From Heterodontus francisci (lineage: Eukaryota): DNA of 64,000 bases. Location: positions 16,474,428 through 16,538,427 of the forward strand of contig NC_090402.1 in the NCBI RefSeq assembly GCF_036365525.1. The letters are read 5' to 3'. The position numbers and the translations under genes are program-made. Under the pieces are notes generated by a model. That model saw nothing but the letters and a program-made list of their open reading frames with translations, ran no database searches and was not told the origin of the DNA. Positions 1 through 11,299 of the stretch are shown piece by piece. The first letter of the stretch is position 1. Every line of letters starts with the position of its first letter.

Positions 1-289
1 CGACTCTTCAACAGTGAGGTAAGTATTTCTTTGGCAGCTGTCAGGAAGCAGGTGCTGGGGTGCTTTAAATAGGACCCCAGCACCTGCTACACAGCTGTCA
101 AAAGGTCCCTCACTGCACCGGATGTCCCGCCTCTCTCCACATAATATGGGAGGAGGGACGGCATGTTGCAGTGATGCTAATGAGCCCCTGCGTATAATAT
201 CACGGGGGCTCGGCAGCAGCCGCTCAGTGCGGGCACGCCGCTGAGTTCAAAGCCGCTGTGATGAGCGGCGCGCTAATAAAATTCAGCCC
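1..289. mobile_element. Right end of a Harbinger-type MITE (left part outside window)
   Basis: GC/CpG-rich stretch ending taataaaattcagccc, the reverse complement of the GGGCTGAATTTT terminus seen in other MITEs here. Confidence 0.6.
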
Positions 290-539
290 AGAGAGTCAAC
301 CTCCTGACCTCCATAAACCTCGTCATGTGGCTGCTCTGTACCCATTTTTCCTCAAGTCACCAAGGGTTCAGCTGTTTTCTAAACCCAAACCACAGGTGGC
401 CTCCAAACAACATCTTGTCCTGTCGGTGAACTTGGTAAAAAAAAACACATCCATGGAATCTTTTCAGTTTTAGCACAAGTTCTCAAAAAATAAAAATATT
501 AAAAATAATGGAAGCACTTTTGTAACAATAGACATGGCT

Positions 540-1885
540 GCCAATGGTAGTGCAATTAAAATTGGGGGCGCATAAGGGGCCAGAATTGGAGGAGGGCAGA
601 GATCTTGGATGATTGTAGGGCTGGAGGAGGTTACAGAGACAAGGAGGATATTTGAAAACAAACATGAAAATTTGAATATTGAGGCATTGCCTGACCAGGA
701 GCCAATGTTGGTCAGTGAGCAAGGGGGTGGTGGGTGAACAGGGCTTGGTGTGAGTTAGGACACAGGGAGCTATGTGTTGGATGAGCTCAGGTTAAGGGTG
801 GGTGGAAGATGGGAGGCCGGCCAGGAGAGCATTGGAATAGTTTGTTTTTATTCATTCGTGGGATGCGGGTGTCGCTGGCTAGGCCAGCATTTATTGCCCA
901 TCCCTAATTGCCCTTGAGAAGGTGATAGTGAACTTCCTTCTTGAATCGCTGTAGTCATTGGGCTGTAGATACACCAACAATGCTGTTAGGAAGGGAGTTC
1001 CAGGATTTTCACCTAGCGATAATGAAGGAACGGTGATTATAGTTCCAAGTCCAAGATGGCGTCCGGCTTGGAGGAGAACTTGTAGGTGGTGGTGTTCCCA
1101 TGCAACTGCTGCCCTTGTCCTTCTAGGTGGTAGAGGTCGTGGGTTTGGAAGGTGGTGTTGAAGGAGCCTTGATGAGTTGCTGCAATGCATCTTGTGGATG
1201 GTATACACTGCTGCCACTGTGCATCTGTGGTGGAAGGAGTGAATGTTTAAGGTGATGGATGTGGTGCCAATCAAGCAGGCTGCTTTGGCCTGGATGATGT
1301 TGAGCTCCTTGAGTGTTGTTGGAGCTGCACTCATCCAGGCAAGTGGAAAGTATTCTGTCACACTCCTGACTTGTGCCTTGCAGATGGTGGACAGGCACTG
1401 GGGAGTCGGGAGGTGAGTTACTCACCGCAGCATTCCCAGATTCTGACCTGCTCTTGTAGACAGTATTTATGTGACTGGTCCAGATCAGATTCTGGTCAAT
1501 GGTAACCCCCAGGATGTTGATAGTGGGGGATTCAGCAATGGTAACGCCATTTAACATCAAGGGGAGTAACAAAAGCATGGATGAGGGCTTCAACAGCAGA
1601 TAAGCCGAGGCAGGGCTGGAGATGAGTGATATCATGAAAGTCGAAATACGGACTCTTGGTGATGGAGCAGATATGGCATTAGATACTCCTCTGAGGGTCA
1701 ACTAGGTCACCAAGGTTGCAAACTGTCTGGTTCAGCATCAGACAGTGGCCAGGGAGAGGGATGAATTCAGTGGCTAGGGAATGGAGTTTGTGATAGGAAC
1801 CGAAGACAAAGGCTTCAGTCTTGTCAACATTTTGTGGGAGGAAATTGCTGCTCATCCAGCGCTGGATGTTGACAGCCACCTGAAG
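540..1885 (-). mobile_element. L2-clade LINE ORF2 3' fragment, interrupted by another LINE at about 845-1565
   Basis: ORF 1679-1933(-) reads CLQVAVNIQRWMSSNFLPQNVDKTEAFVFG...VCNLG, resembling the L2 RT C-terminal motif (I..WM..NFL.LN..KTE). L2-like sequence resumes at 540-840. Confidence 0.6.
845..1565 (-). mobile_element. 3' fragment of an abundant CR1/L2-group LINE
   Basis: ORFs 891-1361(-) and 1123-1701(-) give ESPTINILGVTIDQNLIWTSHIN and EYFPLAWMSAAPTTLKELNIIQAKAACLIG...IHSFHHRCTVAAV, typical of the post-RT region. A-rich 3' tail near 845. Confidence 0.7.
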
Positions 1886-2278
1886 ACAAGAGAGATAGAT
1901 AAGAGAGAGATCATATTCTGCAACACATAGCATTATAGGAATTCAATATTAGTTAATATGACTCCTGAGCTTCAGCAAGCCTGGTGAGAGTTTTAGGAAT
2001 AATTATTTATGTATTCACAATTTCACATCAGTTTACTCCTCATCACCAATTGTTAGTTAACTGTAATCATTCCATTTTGGATTCAATTAAAAAATATTCA
2101 AATCAAGTCTTAAAGAGGAGAAAGGCAGTCTCTTGTTCCAGATTGTGATATATGGATGACCGCTTATTCAGATCCTTAGTATTTTAATACTGGAATGATA
2201 AAATATGTAAAAATCCAGAATCCAAAAGGTCCTTTCCTACTCTAGATAATCCTACTTATTGTCTCTTTCTTGTCTTAG

Positions 2279-2378
2279 TCAGAACTTGGCAAGGGAAAAC
2301 GAAGTGGTAACACCCTACCAGGACCTAACTATGTGTATGGGACATTTGATAGAATCTATGATGGTGGAGTTCCTGCAG
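2279..2378 (+). CDS. CFAP77: CFAP77 internal coding exon (100 nt, phase 0 in, phase 1 out)
   Basis: Pyrimidine tract then ttag| acceptor, and |gtaaca donor. Translates SELGKGKRSGNTLPGPNYVYGTFDRIYDGGVPA, matching the vertebrate CFAP77 segment I recall as [33 protein letters not shown]. Confidence 0.9.
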
Positions 2379-3011
2379 GTAACAAGGCACATTTTTTTGC
2401 TTTTGAATTTTATGCTACAAGAGATTACTTTATTAATTACAGTAGAAATCAGCACACTTAAAAGGACAATTCAACTTTGTGAACTATGATTATAATGTCG
2501 ACTATTCAAAGTACAATATACTGTAATTTCACAAAACCAACATGTGTTTGAATATAATTTCACCTCAACGTTTCTACTTTAGGACACTAAGAACATCTTG
2601 CTCCTGCAAATCTTTCATCATAGGCTGGGATCATCTGGACCATGGATGTCCAAGACTCTCATTTATATATTTCTAGGAACATTAGGTGCATTTTTGCCAC
2701 ATGGGACAAAGCCTGCTTCATTTTCCTCTTACCTGTGAGGGAGCACTCTATTGCAGCACATCTCTTACAAAGTATCATAAAATAGTTACAGAACAGGAAC
2801 AGGTCATTTGGCCCATGTTAGGGTTTATGCTCCACATGAGCCTCTTCCTCTTACCCAATCAACATATCCTTCTATTCCATTCTTCCACATGTTTCACTTA
2901 GCTCTTAAACTGTTTGTAGATGTGTGGAAATCTAAATGATCATATCTAACCCAGTCAAAGAAATAGTCTGAACTAAAGTCCTGCTTGATTGGATATTCTA
3001 AATCTCATACT

Positions 3012-4435
3012 TGGTTAATAATACCAAGGGCAGAATTTTATGTGTGGAGCCAGAGGAAATGGGCGAGGTGCTAAATGAGTACTTTGCATCAGTATTCACC
3101 AAAGAGAAGGACTTGGTGGATGATGAGCCTAGGGAAGGGAGTGCAGATAGTCTCAGTCATCTCATTATCAAAAAGGAGGAGGTGTTGGGTGTCTTGCAAA
3201 GCATTAAAGTAGATAAGTCCCCAGGGCCTGATGGGATCTACCCTAGAATACTGAGGGAGGCAAGGGAGGAAATTGCTGGGGCCTTGACAGAAATCTTTGC
3301 ATCCTAATTGGCTACAGGTGAAGTCCCAGAGGACTAGAGAATAACCAATGTTGTTCCTTTGTTTAAGAAGGGTGGCAAGGATAATCCAGGAAATTATAGG
3401 CCGGTGAGCCTTACGTCAGTGGTAGGGAAACTATTAGAGAGGATTATTCGGGACAGGATTTACTCCCATTTGGAAACAAACAAACTTATTAGTGAGAGAC
3501 AGCATGGTTTTGTGAAGGGGAGGTCGTGTCTCACTAATTTGATTCCGTTTTTTGAGGAAGTGACGAAGATGATTGATGAAGGAAGGGCAGTGGATGTTAT
3601 CTATATGGACTTTAGTAAAGCCTTTGACAGGGTCCCGCATGGAAGACTGGTACAAAAGGTGAAGTCACACGGGATCAGAGGTGAGCTGGCAAGATGGATA
3701 CAGAACTGGCTCGGTCATAGAAGACAGAGGGGATCAGTGGATGGGTGTTTTTCTGAATGGAGGGATGTGACTAGTGGTGTTCCGCAGGGATCAGTGCTGG
3801 GACCTTTGCTCTTTGTAGTATATATAAATGATTTGGAGGAAAATGTAGCTGGTCGATTAGTAAGTTTGCGGACGACACAAAGGTTGGTGGAGTTGCGGAT
3901 AATGATGAGGATTGTCAGAGGATACAGCAGGATATAGATCGGTTGGAGACTTGGGCGGGGAAATGGCAGATGGAGTTTAATCCGGACAAATGTGAGGTAA
4001 TGCATTTTGGAAGATCTAATGCAGGTGGGAAGTATACAGTAAATGGCAGAACCCTTAGGAGTATTGACAGGCAGAGAGATCTGGGCGTACAGGTCCACAG
4101 GTCACTGAAAGTGGCAACGCAGGTGGATAAGGTAGTCAAGAAGGCATACGGCATGCTTGCCTTCATCGGTCGGGGCATAGAGTATAAAAATTGGCAAGTC
4201 ATGTTGCAGCTGTACAGAACCTTAGTTAGGCCACACTTAGAATATTGCATGCAATTCTGGTCGCCACACTACCAGAAGGACGTGGAGGCTTTGGAGAGGG
4301 TACAGAGAAGGTTTACCAGGATGTTGCCTGGTCTGGAGGGCATTAGCTATGAGGAGAGGTTGGAAAAACTCGGATTGTTTTCATTGGAACGACGGAGGTG
4401 GAGGGGCGACATGATAGAGGTTTACAAAGTTATGA
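3012..4435 (+). mobile_element. CR1 LINE ORF2 (reverse transcriptase) fragment with stops and frameshifts
   Basis: [73 protein letters not shown] (frameshifted), WQMEFNPDKCEVMHFG, LERVQRRFTRM. Confidence 0.95.
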
Positions 4436-4770
4436 GCACTGTGGGCCATCAGCAGTAGCAGAATTGTATTCAACCACAATCTGTAACCTCATGGCCCGGC
4501 ATATCCCCCACTCTACCATTACCATCAAGCCGGGGGACCAACCATGGTTCAATGAAGAGTGCAGGAGGGAATGCTGGGAGCAGCACCAGAAATACCTAAA
4601 AATGAGGTGTCAGCCTAGTGACGCTACAACACAGAACTACTTGCATGCCAAACAGCAGAAGCAGCATGCAACAAACAGGGCTAAGCGAACCCACAACCAA
4701 CAGATCAGATCTAAGCTCTGCAGTCCTGCCACATCCAGTCATGAATGTGGTGGACAATTAAACAACTGAC
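4436..4770 (+). mobile_element. LINE ORF2 internal fragment (endonuclease-RT linker), different family from the adjacent CR1
   Basis: LMARHIPHSTITIKPGDQPWFNEECRR...KLCSPATSSHE shows the typical PWFN linker motif. Confidence 0.6.
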
Positions 4771-4779
4771 AAGAGTCAA

Positions 4780-5029
4780 ATGTAGGCCAGACCAAGTAAG
4801 GATGGCAGATTTCCTTCCTTAAAAGAACATTAGTGAAGCAAATGGGTTTTTACACCAATCAACAATGGTTTCATAATCACCACTAGATGAGCTTTTTAAT
4901 TCCAGATTTATTAATTGATTCAAAATCAACCATCTGCTGTGGTGGGATTCAAACACATGTCCCCAGAGACATTAGCCTGGGCTCTAGGTTACTAGTCTAG
5001 TGACATTAACACTACACCACCGCCTCCCC
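4780..5029 (-). mobile_element. tRNA-headed SINE fragment
   Basis: Minus strand begins GGGGAGGCGGTGGTGTAGTGTTAATGTCAC (A-box-like), followed by TGTTTGAATCCC (B-box-like). Confidence 0.55.
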
Positions 5030-6319
5030 ATCTGCTGCTTTGCTGATGACGCCCAGGCTCACCATCTGCATGAAGCTGAGCACCACTGGGCCTCGCCTCA
5101 CTCCTCCAAGAGGAAGTGCCCGCAACTGTCATTGCCTCCGTTACCTCCTCCTGCGTGTTTGTGCAGTGCTCACCAGATTGTGCCACCTGTTCGGAGTGGA
5201 TCTTCAATGGTGGAGGGTGCGCTGGAATGGAGTCTCAAGATGGCAGTGCATCCTTTGTCCATCCATTGTAGCAGGAGCCTTCATTTCTTCCTCATCCGCA
5301 GCTGTACATGCTGTGGAGACAGGATTTAAGTGAAACAGCTGCTCCTTCAACTAACCCCTGGTGCCTCACTTTGATCAGGGGCCTGCAGTGGGGTTAGAGG
5401 TCAAACATGGTCCAGCGAATGATTGATACATCTCTTGCTTTACTCGCTCTCCATTGCTTCCATACCTGCCTCGTGCCCAGTGACAGGCTGCCCTGCCTGA
5501 CCCATCTGATGTCCATTGCTTCCTTCTCCATCAGCGTCACCACAGCAATGAAAGACGCTCCATCTCTCGTGTACTGATGCTCCCTGGCATTATGAGTGCA
5601 CTACTCCTGTCTCATGGCCCATTTGTGTTGGTCAGTCTGAGGCATTGTAAATATGCAGCACCGCGCTGCTGGGATGGCATGGTGATGCAACCATTCAGCC
5701 ATTTCAATGCAGCATTCACCAATCACTGACCATGAGATTCAGGTGCATGTGAACTGGGCACCTCAGTGTGGACATTGGTGCCTGTTGTTGCCCTATGCAT
5801 GAGTCTACTACCTGGGATAACATATCATGTGCGCCTTCTAATTCATGCTGGGCTTCCAGTTTTCAATTCTAAACACCACTCACCTTTCCAGACTGCAGCA
5901 GGTCATTAAATCTCTTCCTACACTGGATCCAAGTTCTTGCAACCACCCCTTAGCTGCTCACTGTCAGCTACCTCCAACCATGCCTTCTTGGTTAGGCTTG
6001 CTGGCAACAGGACATCTTTCCTTTTTCTTACTGCCTGCAGGAGCACCTCCGACGAGCCATTCTAAAGCCATTCTTCCACTGGCTCCATTGCTGTAGACCC
6101 CCCTCCTTTTTCCCTGTGTTTGCAGTCTGCTTGAATGCTGCAGAACGCCTCAGAGCGAGCTGCTGCCACTATGACCCACTCGCCACCCTTAACTGGCGGC
6201 TCCCCGAACTGCTGGCCCTTAATTGGCTCTTCCGCTAAAATTGCCGAGGAAGTATGCGTGCTGCCGACCTGGATATTCCCTGGCGTCAGGTCATCTGTCC
6301 ATTTGTTAAATTTAGGCCT
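5030..6319 (-). mobile_element. Decayed PIF/Harbinger DNA transposon carrying the Myb/SANT-like DNA-binding gene
   Basis: Minus strand from ATG at 6088, with frameshifts: ...SSEVLLQAVRKRKDVLLPASLTKKAWLEVA/VSS*GVVARTWIQCRKRFNDLLQSGK, then GTGAGT donor at 5883. A downstream block near 5590-5470 reads AREHQYTRDGASFIAVVTLMEKEAMDI. TIR-like end taaatttaggcc near 6318. Confidence 0.75.
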
Positions 6320-6614
6320 TTAATGTTTGACCCGGATTCTGAATTTGGGTTTATTACTTTGATTTCAAAAGAACATTCTGCTTACTTTTTACATTCAGTG
6401 TGGTTTTCTTTCATGTTGAGCTTCTTCAGTGTTGTTCAGTATAATTGCTAGTCATGCAATTTGTTAATGTAATTTTCCCTAAGTCATGTTAAGAATGAAA
6501 TGAGACATGGAGCCAGAAATTGCTGCAATGGTGGGTTTGGTGATGAAGGACATTAATTGGACATCTAAACTCTCCATTTATTTTGCACTATATTTGCCCC
6601 AAATTGTTGGATCG

Positions 6615-7680
6615 TTGATCTGACAAGGGCACATTTTCAAAATTTGCAGATGACCAAGCTGGAAAGCGTTGTGAATTGTGAGGAGGATTGTCACAGACTT
6701 CAAGAGTGCATAGGCAGGCTGATGGAATAAGCAGACATGTGGCAGATGAAAATTAATGCAGAGAAGTATGAAGCGGTATATTTTAATAGGAAGAGTGAGG
6801 AGAGGCAACATAAAGGGCAAAATTGTAAAGGGAGTGCAAGAACAGAGAGACCTGGTGTATATGCACATAAATTGTTGAAGGTGGCAGACAGATTGAGAAA
6901 TAAAAGCAAAATACTGCGGATGCTGGAAATCTGAAACAAAAACAAGAAATGCTGGATTCACTCAGCAGGTCTGGCAGCATCTGTGGAAAGAGAAGCAGAG
7001 TTAACGTTTCGGGTCAGTGACCCGATTGAGAAAGTGGTTAAAAAGGCATACGGGATCCTGGGCTTTATAGATGGAAGCATAAGCAAGGAAGTTATAATGA
7101 ACCTTTATAAAACGCTGGTTCGGCCTCAACTGGAATATGGTGTCCAATTCTAGGCACCGCACCTTCGGAAGAATGTGAAGGCTTTACAGAGGGTCCGGAA
7201 AGGATTACAAAAATGGTTCCCGGGTTGAGCGAGTTCAGTTACTTGTATAGATTGGAGAAGCTGGCGTTGTTCTCCTTAGAGAAGAGAAGGTTGAGAGGAG
7301 ATTTCATAGAGGTATACAAAATCATGAGAAGTCTAGACAGAGTAGATAGAGAGAAACTGTTGCCATTGTCTGAAAGGTTGAGAACCACAGGACATCGATT
7401 TAAGGTGATTGGCAAAAGAACCAAGAGCGCCATGAGGAAAATCTTCTTTATGCAGCAAGTAGTTAGGATCTGGAATGCACTACTTGAGAGCATAATGGGG
7501 GCAGATACAATCGGGGCTTTCAAAAGGGTATTGAATAAGCAACTGAAGAGCAAAAAGTTGCAGGTTTATGGGGGTAGGGCAGGGAAGTGAGACTAGCTAA
7601 GCTGTTCTTGCACAGAGCCGTCACAGATACGATGGGACAAATGGCCTCCTTCTGTGCAGTAACCATTCTGTGATTCTATA
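6615..7680 (+). mobile_element. CR1 LINE 3' fragment containing a nested Penelope-like insertion
   Basis: WQMKINAEKYEAVYF and RLEKLALFSLEKRRLRGDFIEVYKIM...RIWNAL; 3' tail ccattctgtgattcta. Confidence 0.85.
6901..7023 (-). mobile_element. Penelope-like terminal repeat fragment with 10-bp TSD
   Basis: Perfect direct repeat GATTGAGAAA at 6891-6900 and 7024-7033. Sequence is homologous to 16440-16510 and 58660-58790. Minus strand carries the 3' half of a hammerhead motif (GGGTC-ACT-GACCC-GAAACGTTAACT). Confidence 0.75.
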
Positions 7681-8213
7681 ACATGTTCGTGTTGCAAAAG
7701 AACAACGTGAATGGCATGCTCAATGCCTTATGTCCCTGATCAGTGAAAGATAAAGAAACAGAATGTAAGATGGAGAAGTAAATAGGACGAATGAGACTCA
7801 AAGTATAGAAAGACAGAGGAATAAAGAGAGGGAAAGAAAGAGGGGAAAAAGTAACAGAAAGGAAAAGAAAGAAAAAGTTTTGTTGTATTAAAATAATGAA
7901 TAATCTATCCATGGAACATCATACCAGCAGTAAACAATTCAACACAGTGCAAAGATTTATTAATAAATTCAAAAAGCATGATTCTAGAAGAAACGTATAA
8001 AATTATTTTTACTCCAAAACAGACCTAGTATAAAATAATTTACTCCCTTCAAGCAAAGTAAAATAATGATGTCTGTGTACTGAATATAGAATATCAAAAT
8101 AGGCAATGAAACCAATCCTGTCTAGGCAAGTCAGAAAAAAAAATTGCGATAATAGTCTAGTGGGCGACACAAGTAATCCATATAAAAGTTTTCTTTTTCA
8201 CTGTCTCTCTCAG

Positions 8214-8433
8214 CCATTGGTCACTGGAATACTGTAAAACCCAAAGCACAGCAAGAGCAGCATAAACTCAAGCGTAACTTTGCGGCACTGAATAAAGAGG
8301 CAATTAAAGCTGGATTGGTTACTCCACGAGAGATCTACCAGTTTAGAGCAACGCACAACATTGGAACTTCAGGAAAAAAGAAAGAAGAGAAAGAAGGCTT
8401 GCTCCCTGAAATAACTTTTGGAATGCCTGCACG
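8214..8433 (+). CDS. CFAP77: CFAP77 internal coding exon (220 nt, phase 1 in, phase 2 out)
   Basis: ctgtctctctcag| acceptor and |gtaaga donor. In frame with the previous exon: (A)IGHWNTVKPKAQQEQHKLKRNFAALNKEAIKAGLVTPREIYQFRATHNIGTSGKKKEEKEGLLPEITFGMPA(R). Matches CFAP77 AIGRWN...[20 protein letters not shown]...MTFGIRAR. Confidence 0.93.
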
Positions 8434-8480
8434 GTAAGAATATGTTTCTTCCCTTACTGCTTTTTCCCTGAAAATAGTGA

Positions 8481-8670
8481 GGGCAATTTTAATTTTGAGT
8501 GTAGATCAGGCAGATGGTAGGGGGAGTAATCACACCGTGTGTCCAATGTCACCAACAGGAAACCCCACTGATTTTGTTGATCTGGTCTAAATAAAATCGA
8601 TGAGCTGTCAGTGTTAAATGAATGCCGACAGGCAACTTGTTGGCCGAGGTGGGAACAAAAAATTCGGCCC
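8481..8670. mobile_element. Short Harbinger-type MITE 47 bp downstream of a CFAP77 donor
   Basis: Left end gggcaatttt and right end aaaattcggccc form imperfect TIRs. No clear TSD. Confidence 0.5.
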
Positions 8671-9148
8671 TACTCTACAGAGCTGAGCTTTCAGGAAGAC
8701 TTTAAGGGGGAGTGGGGACAATGGAGGAACTGGCTGTGAGAAGGACAATTTATGTGTGGTCAGGAGCTGTATTCAAGCTTCTCCTGGTCCAATGAAATTT
8801 AGTATAAAAAAAACTTTGACATATTTTCCAAGCAACCTCTGCTGGTCCCTTTAAGGACCCCCTGGTTTGGCCACATTATGTTCACTTCCACGAGGCAGAA
8901 CTTGTGCAGTGAAACCCATCAGTGCATCTCATTTTACTTCCAAATCCCTGGAAATTCTACAAGCATAATGACAGAAATTATTAAAAGCAGCTTCAAGACG
9001 TCTTAAAGAAAATTAATGTAGCCCCATAAATCCACCACTCAACCCTTTTACTGCCTGTGTGTTGTCAGCCTCCAATCTTTGGATGAGTCATAATTTCTTA
9101 CAGTTAAACACTGGGAAGGTCAAAACTATAATTTTTGATTATCTCTAC

Positions 9149-10731
9149 CAGGGGTCGACAATGTATCCGTACATGGACACCAGTGTCCGTGGTAATTTTA
9201 AAATAATCTAGCCAAGTTTAAAAGCTTGGAGCAAGACATTTAAAATTACCTGGAGTGAAAATAATTAGAAAGGAACATCGGGGCATTGGCAGCACCCATC
9301 TCTCCCAGTGGGGCAGCTCGTGGCTGTGACTGGAGCAGGCGCAGTGCCGGGCTGTGACTGGAACATGCGCAGTGTGGGTGCTGGAGCTGGACGGAAGCAG
9401 TTGTGTCTGATCCACAGCGGGTTAGAAACCACCGAGTGCAGGAGAGGAATGGAGCCTGCGGATGGGCGGAAGGCTTCATAAACACGTGGTGTAGGCCCCA
9501 ACACCCCTAATAAGAAGCTACCAGTCCCACATTTGCACTGAGTGGAGCAGCAGCTGCGGTACTTCTCCCAATGACAGGCCCGGGTTAACGGCTGCCAGCT
9601 TTCTAGCTCTTTTGGAAGAACTAAGGATTAATAAACTGCAACATCAAACCCCAGAATTTAAAGGAAACTCTAAAGGGCACGATAGCGTCTTTTAAGATGT
9701 ATCTAGACAGATACATGAATGGGCAGGAAGTAAAGAGATACAGACCCTTAGAAAATAGGCGACAAGTTTAGATAGAGGATTTGGATCAGCGTAGGCTTGG
9801 AGGGCCGAAGGGCCTGTTCCTGTGCTGTAATTTTCTTTGTTCTTTGTTCTAACTTAGCTTTATTATAAAGGGGCCTGGGGGAGGGAAGAGAGGAACCATT
9901 CGGGATATAGCACAAGTGGGGAGATGTGAGAGCGAGAACCTGCTGAAAAGAGGGAGAGCAAGTGGTCCAAAGCTACTGCATAAGGTAAACATTCCTTTAA
10001 TTAAAAACAACATCGCTGTCCAGAACAAACTAGAAACTCCCCAAAAATACTGTTTTAACATGATAGAAAGGAAGAGGACGGCAAGTTGAATAAATGAGCC
10101 ATTTCACAAAGGGCGCAGCGATATTGCACAGGTTCTGGTATTAGAATCTGCAAAGGTCATCAATCTACACAGTCATATCTCATTCAATTTTAGGACTAAA
10201 ACACATTTATAAAGTCTAACGTGTATCAAGTGTCCTCAATGACCAGGGATTGACTCAGGAAGCAGCTGTGAATTCTAATTCTACGTTCACGTTTTTCCCG
10301 CTTTTTTTTCTTACCAGTGTAAAAACATGGCATCGAATTCGGAAAAAACATCGTTCAACCCAGTTTTGGAAAGAGACGGTTACTTCTCACAGTCCTGGTT
10401 TTTATCGTGTAATGGTTTAGCTGGCAGGCTACATGCTAATGCAACGTTAGCATGTTGTACAGCTAGCTCTATTTTGTCAACAAAAGTAATTCGCATTGGC
10501 ATTGCATACTGTTTTGCTAAATAGCTAGCTAATACAGTTTGCTGCTCTCCATTGAAGTTTGTATGCTTAGCTACTTTATTTATAGGGAAAAATGTGTTTT
10601 AAATTGGACTGTGTTTTGATGCCATTAGGTTGGCTATACACTTTACATGTAGATTAATTATCCCCATGTCCATGACCGAGTCAATAATTCTGTCAAATGT
10701 CCATAGTGCAACATGTTGGTGCCTATCCCTG
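9149..10731 (+). mobile_element. Internally deleted hAT (Charlie-like) DNA transposon with 8-bp TSD
   Basis: Ends CAGGGGTCGACAA ... TGGTGCCTATCCCTG. Flanks ATCTCTAC (9141-9148) and ATCGCTAC (10732-10739) match 7/8. A decayed transposase-start-like ORF begins at 10327. Confidence 0.7.
9677..9850 (+). mobile_element. CR1 extreme 3' end nested in the hAT element
   Basis: ggcttggagggccgaagggcctgttcctgtgctgta plus (TTCTTTG)n tail, similar to the 3' UTR at 34500-34567. Confidence 0.8.
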
Positions 10732-11299
10732 ATCGCTACAAACTGTACCATTGTCACCGAATCCATCCTTTATCCCAGCTATTGGCTCAACCTGAACTAG
10801 ACCATTTACTGCCTTCAGTGCTGTTTACTTACATGTCTGTCCCCAACAGTATTTCAAGTTGAAATGTGGCAAGTACTCTCTTCAGGAAAGGCTCACATAC
10901 TTCCTGAGAAGGAGCTGAAGTGTTTTGCTGCTTGAGCAACAAGACAAACTCCAGGTGCAAATTGACTTCTAGCAGCTTGTAAGGCCAAATTCGTACACAA
11001 GTAGTCAGTCAAATTGGTAGCCTGAGCTACAGGCAAGAACCTATTTGAGAGGCAGGACAAAATTAATCAAGAAAGATGTGTTAAAAAAAAAAATCAGCAA
11101 AGTATAAAATGTTGACAACCAAAACAAGCCCAACATCTAGTTCTTTCATTCCCACAAAAGTTTAGTTTAGGGAACAAAACGTCCAGATTAAGGTGGTGGG
11201 GACCATCAGAGACCCCAAAAAGAGGCCAGTTATCTAATTGCACACAATTTGCAGCCATATCGGCATCACTGAAAGAACTATAAATGGAGACAGACATCA

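Noticed and set aside
2259-2489. 76-aa ORF overlapping the first exon
   Set aside because: Wrong frame. The CFAP77 match is in another frame bounded by AG/GT.
4398-4769. 123-aa ORF as a novel protein
   Set aside because: It is a chance read-through across the junction of two different LINE fragments.
8371-8410. Suspected frameshift or stop in the A-rich part of the CFAP77 exon
   Set aside because: Recounting gives GGA AAA AAG AAA GAA..., the frame stays open, and the 220-nt length fits the phases.
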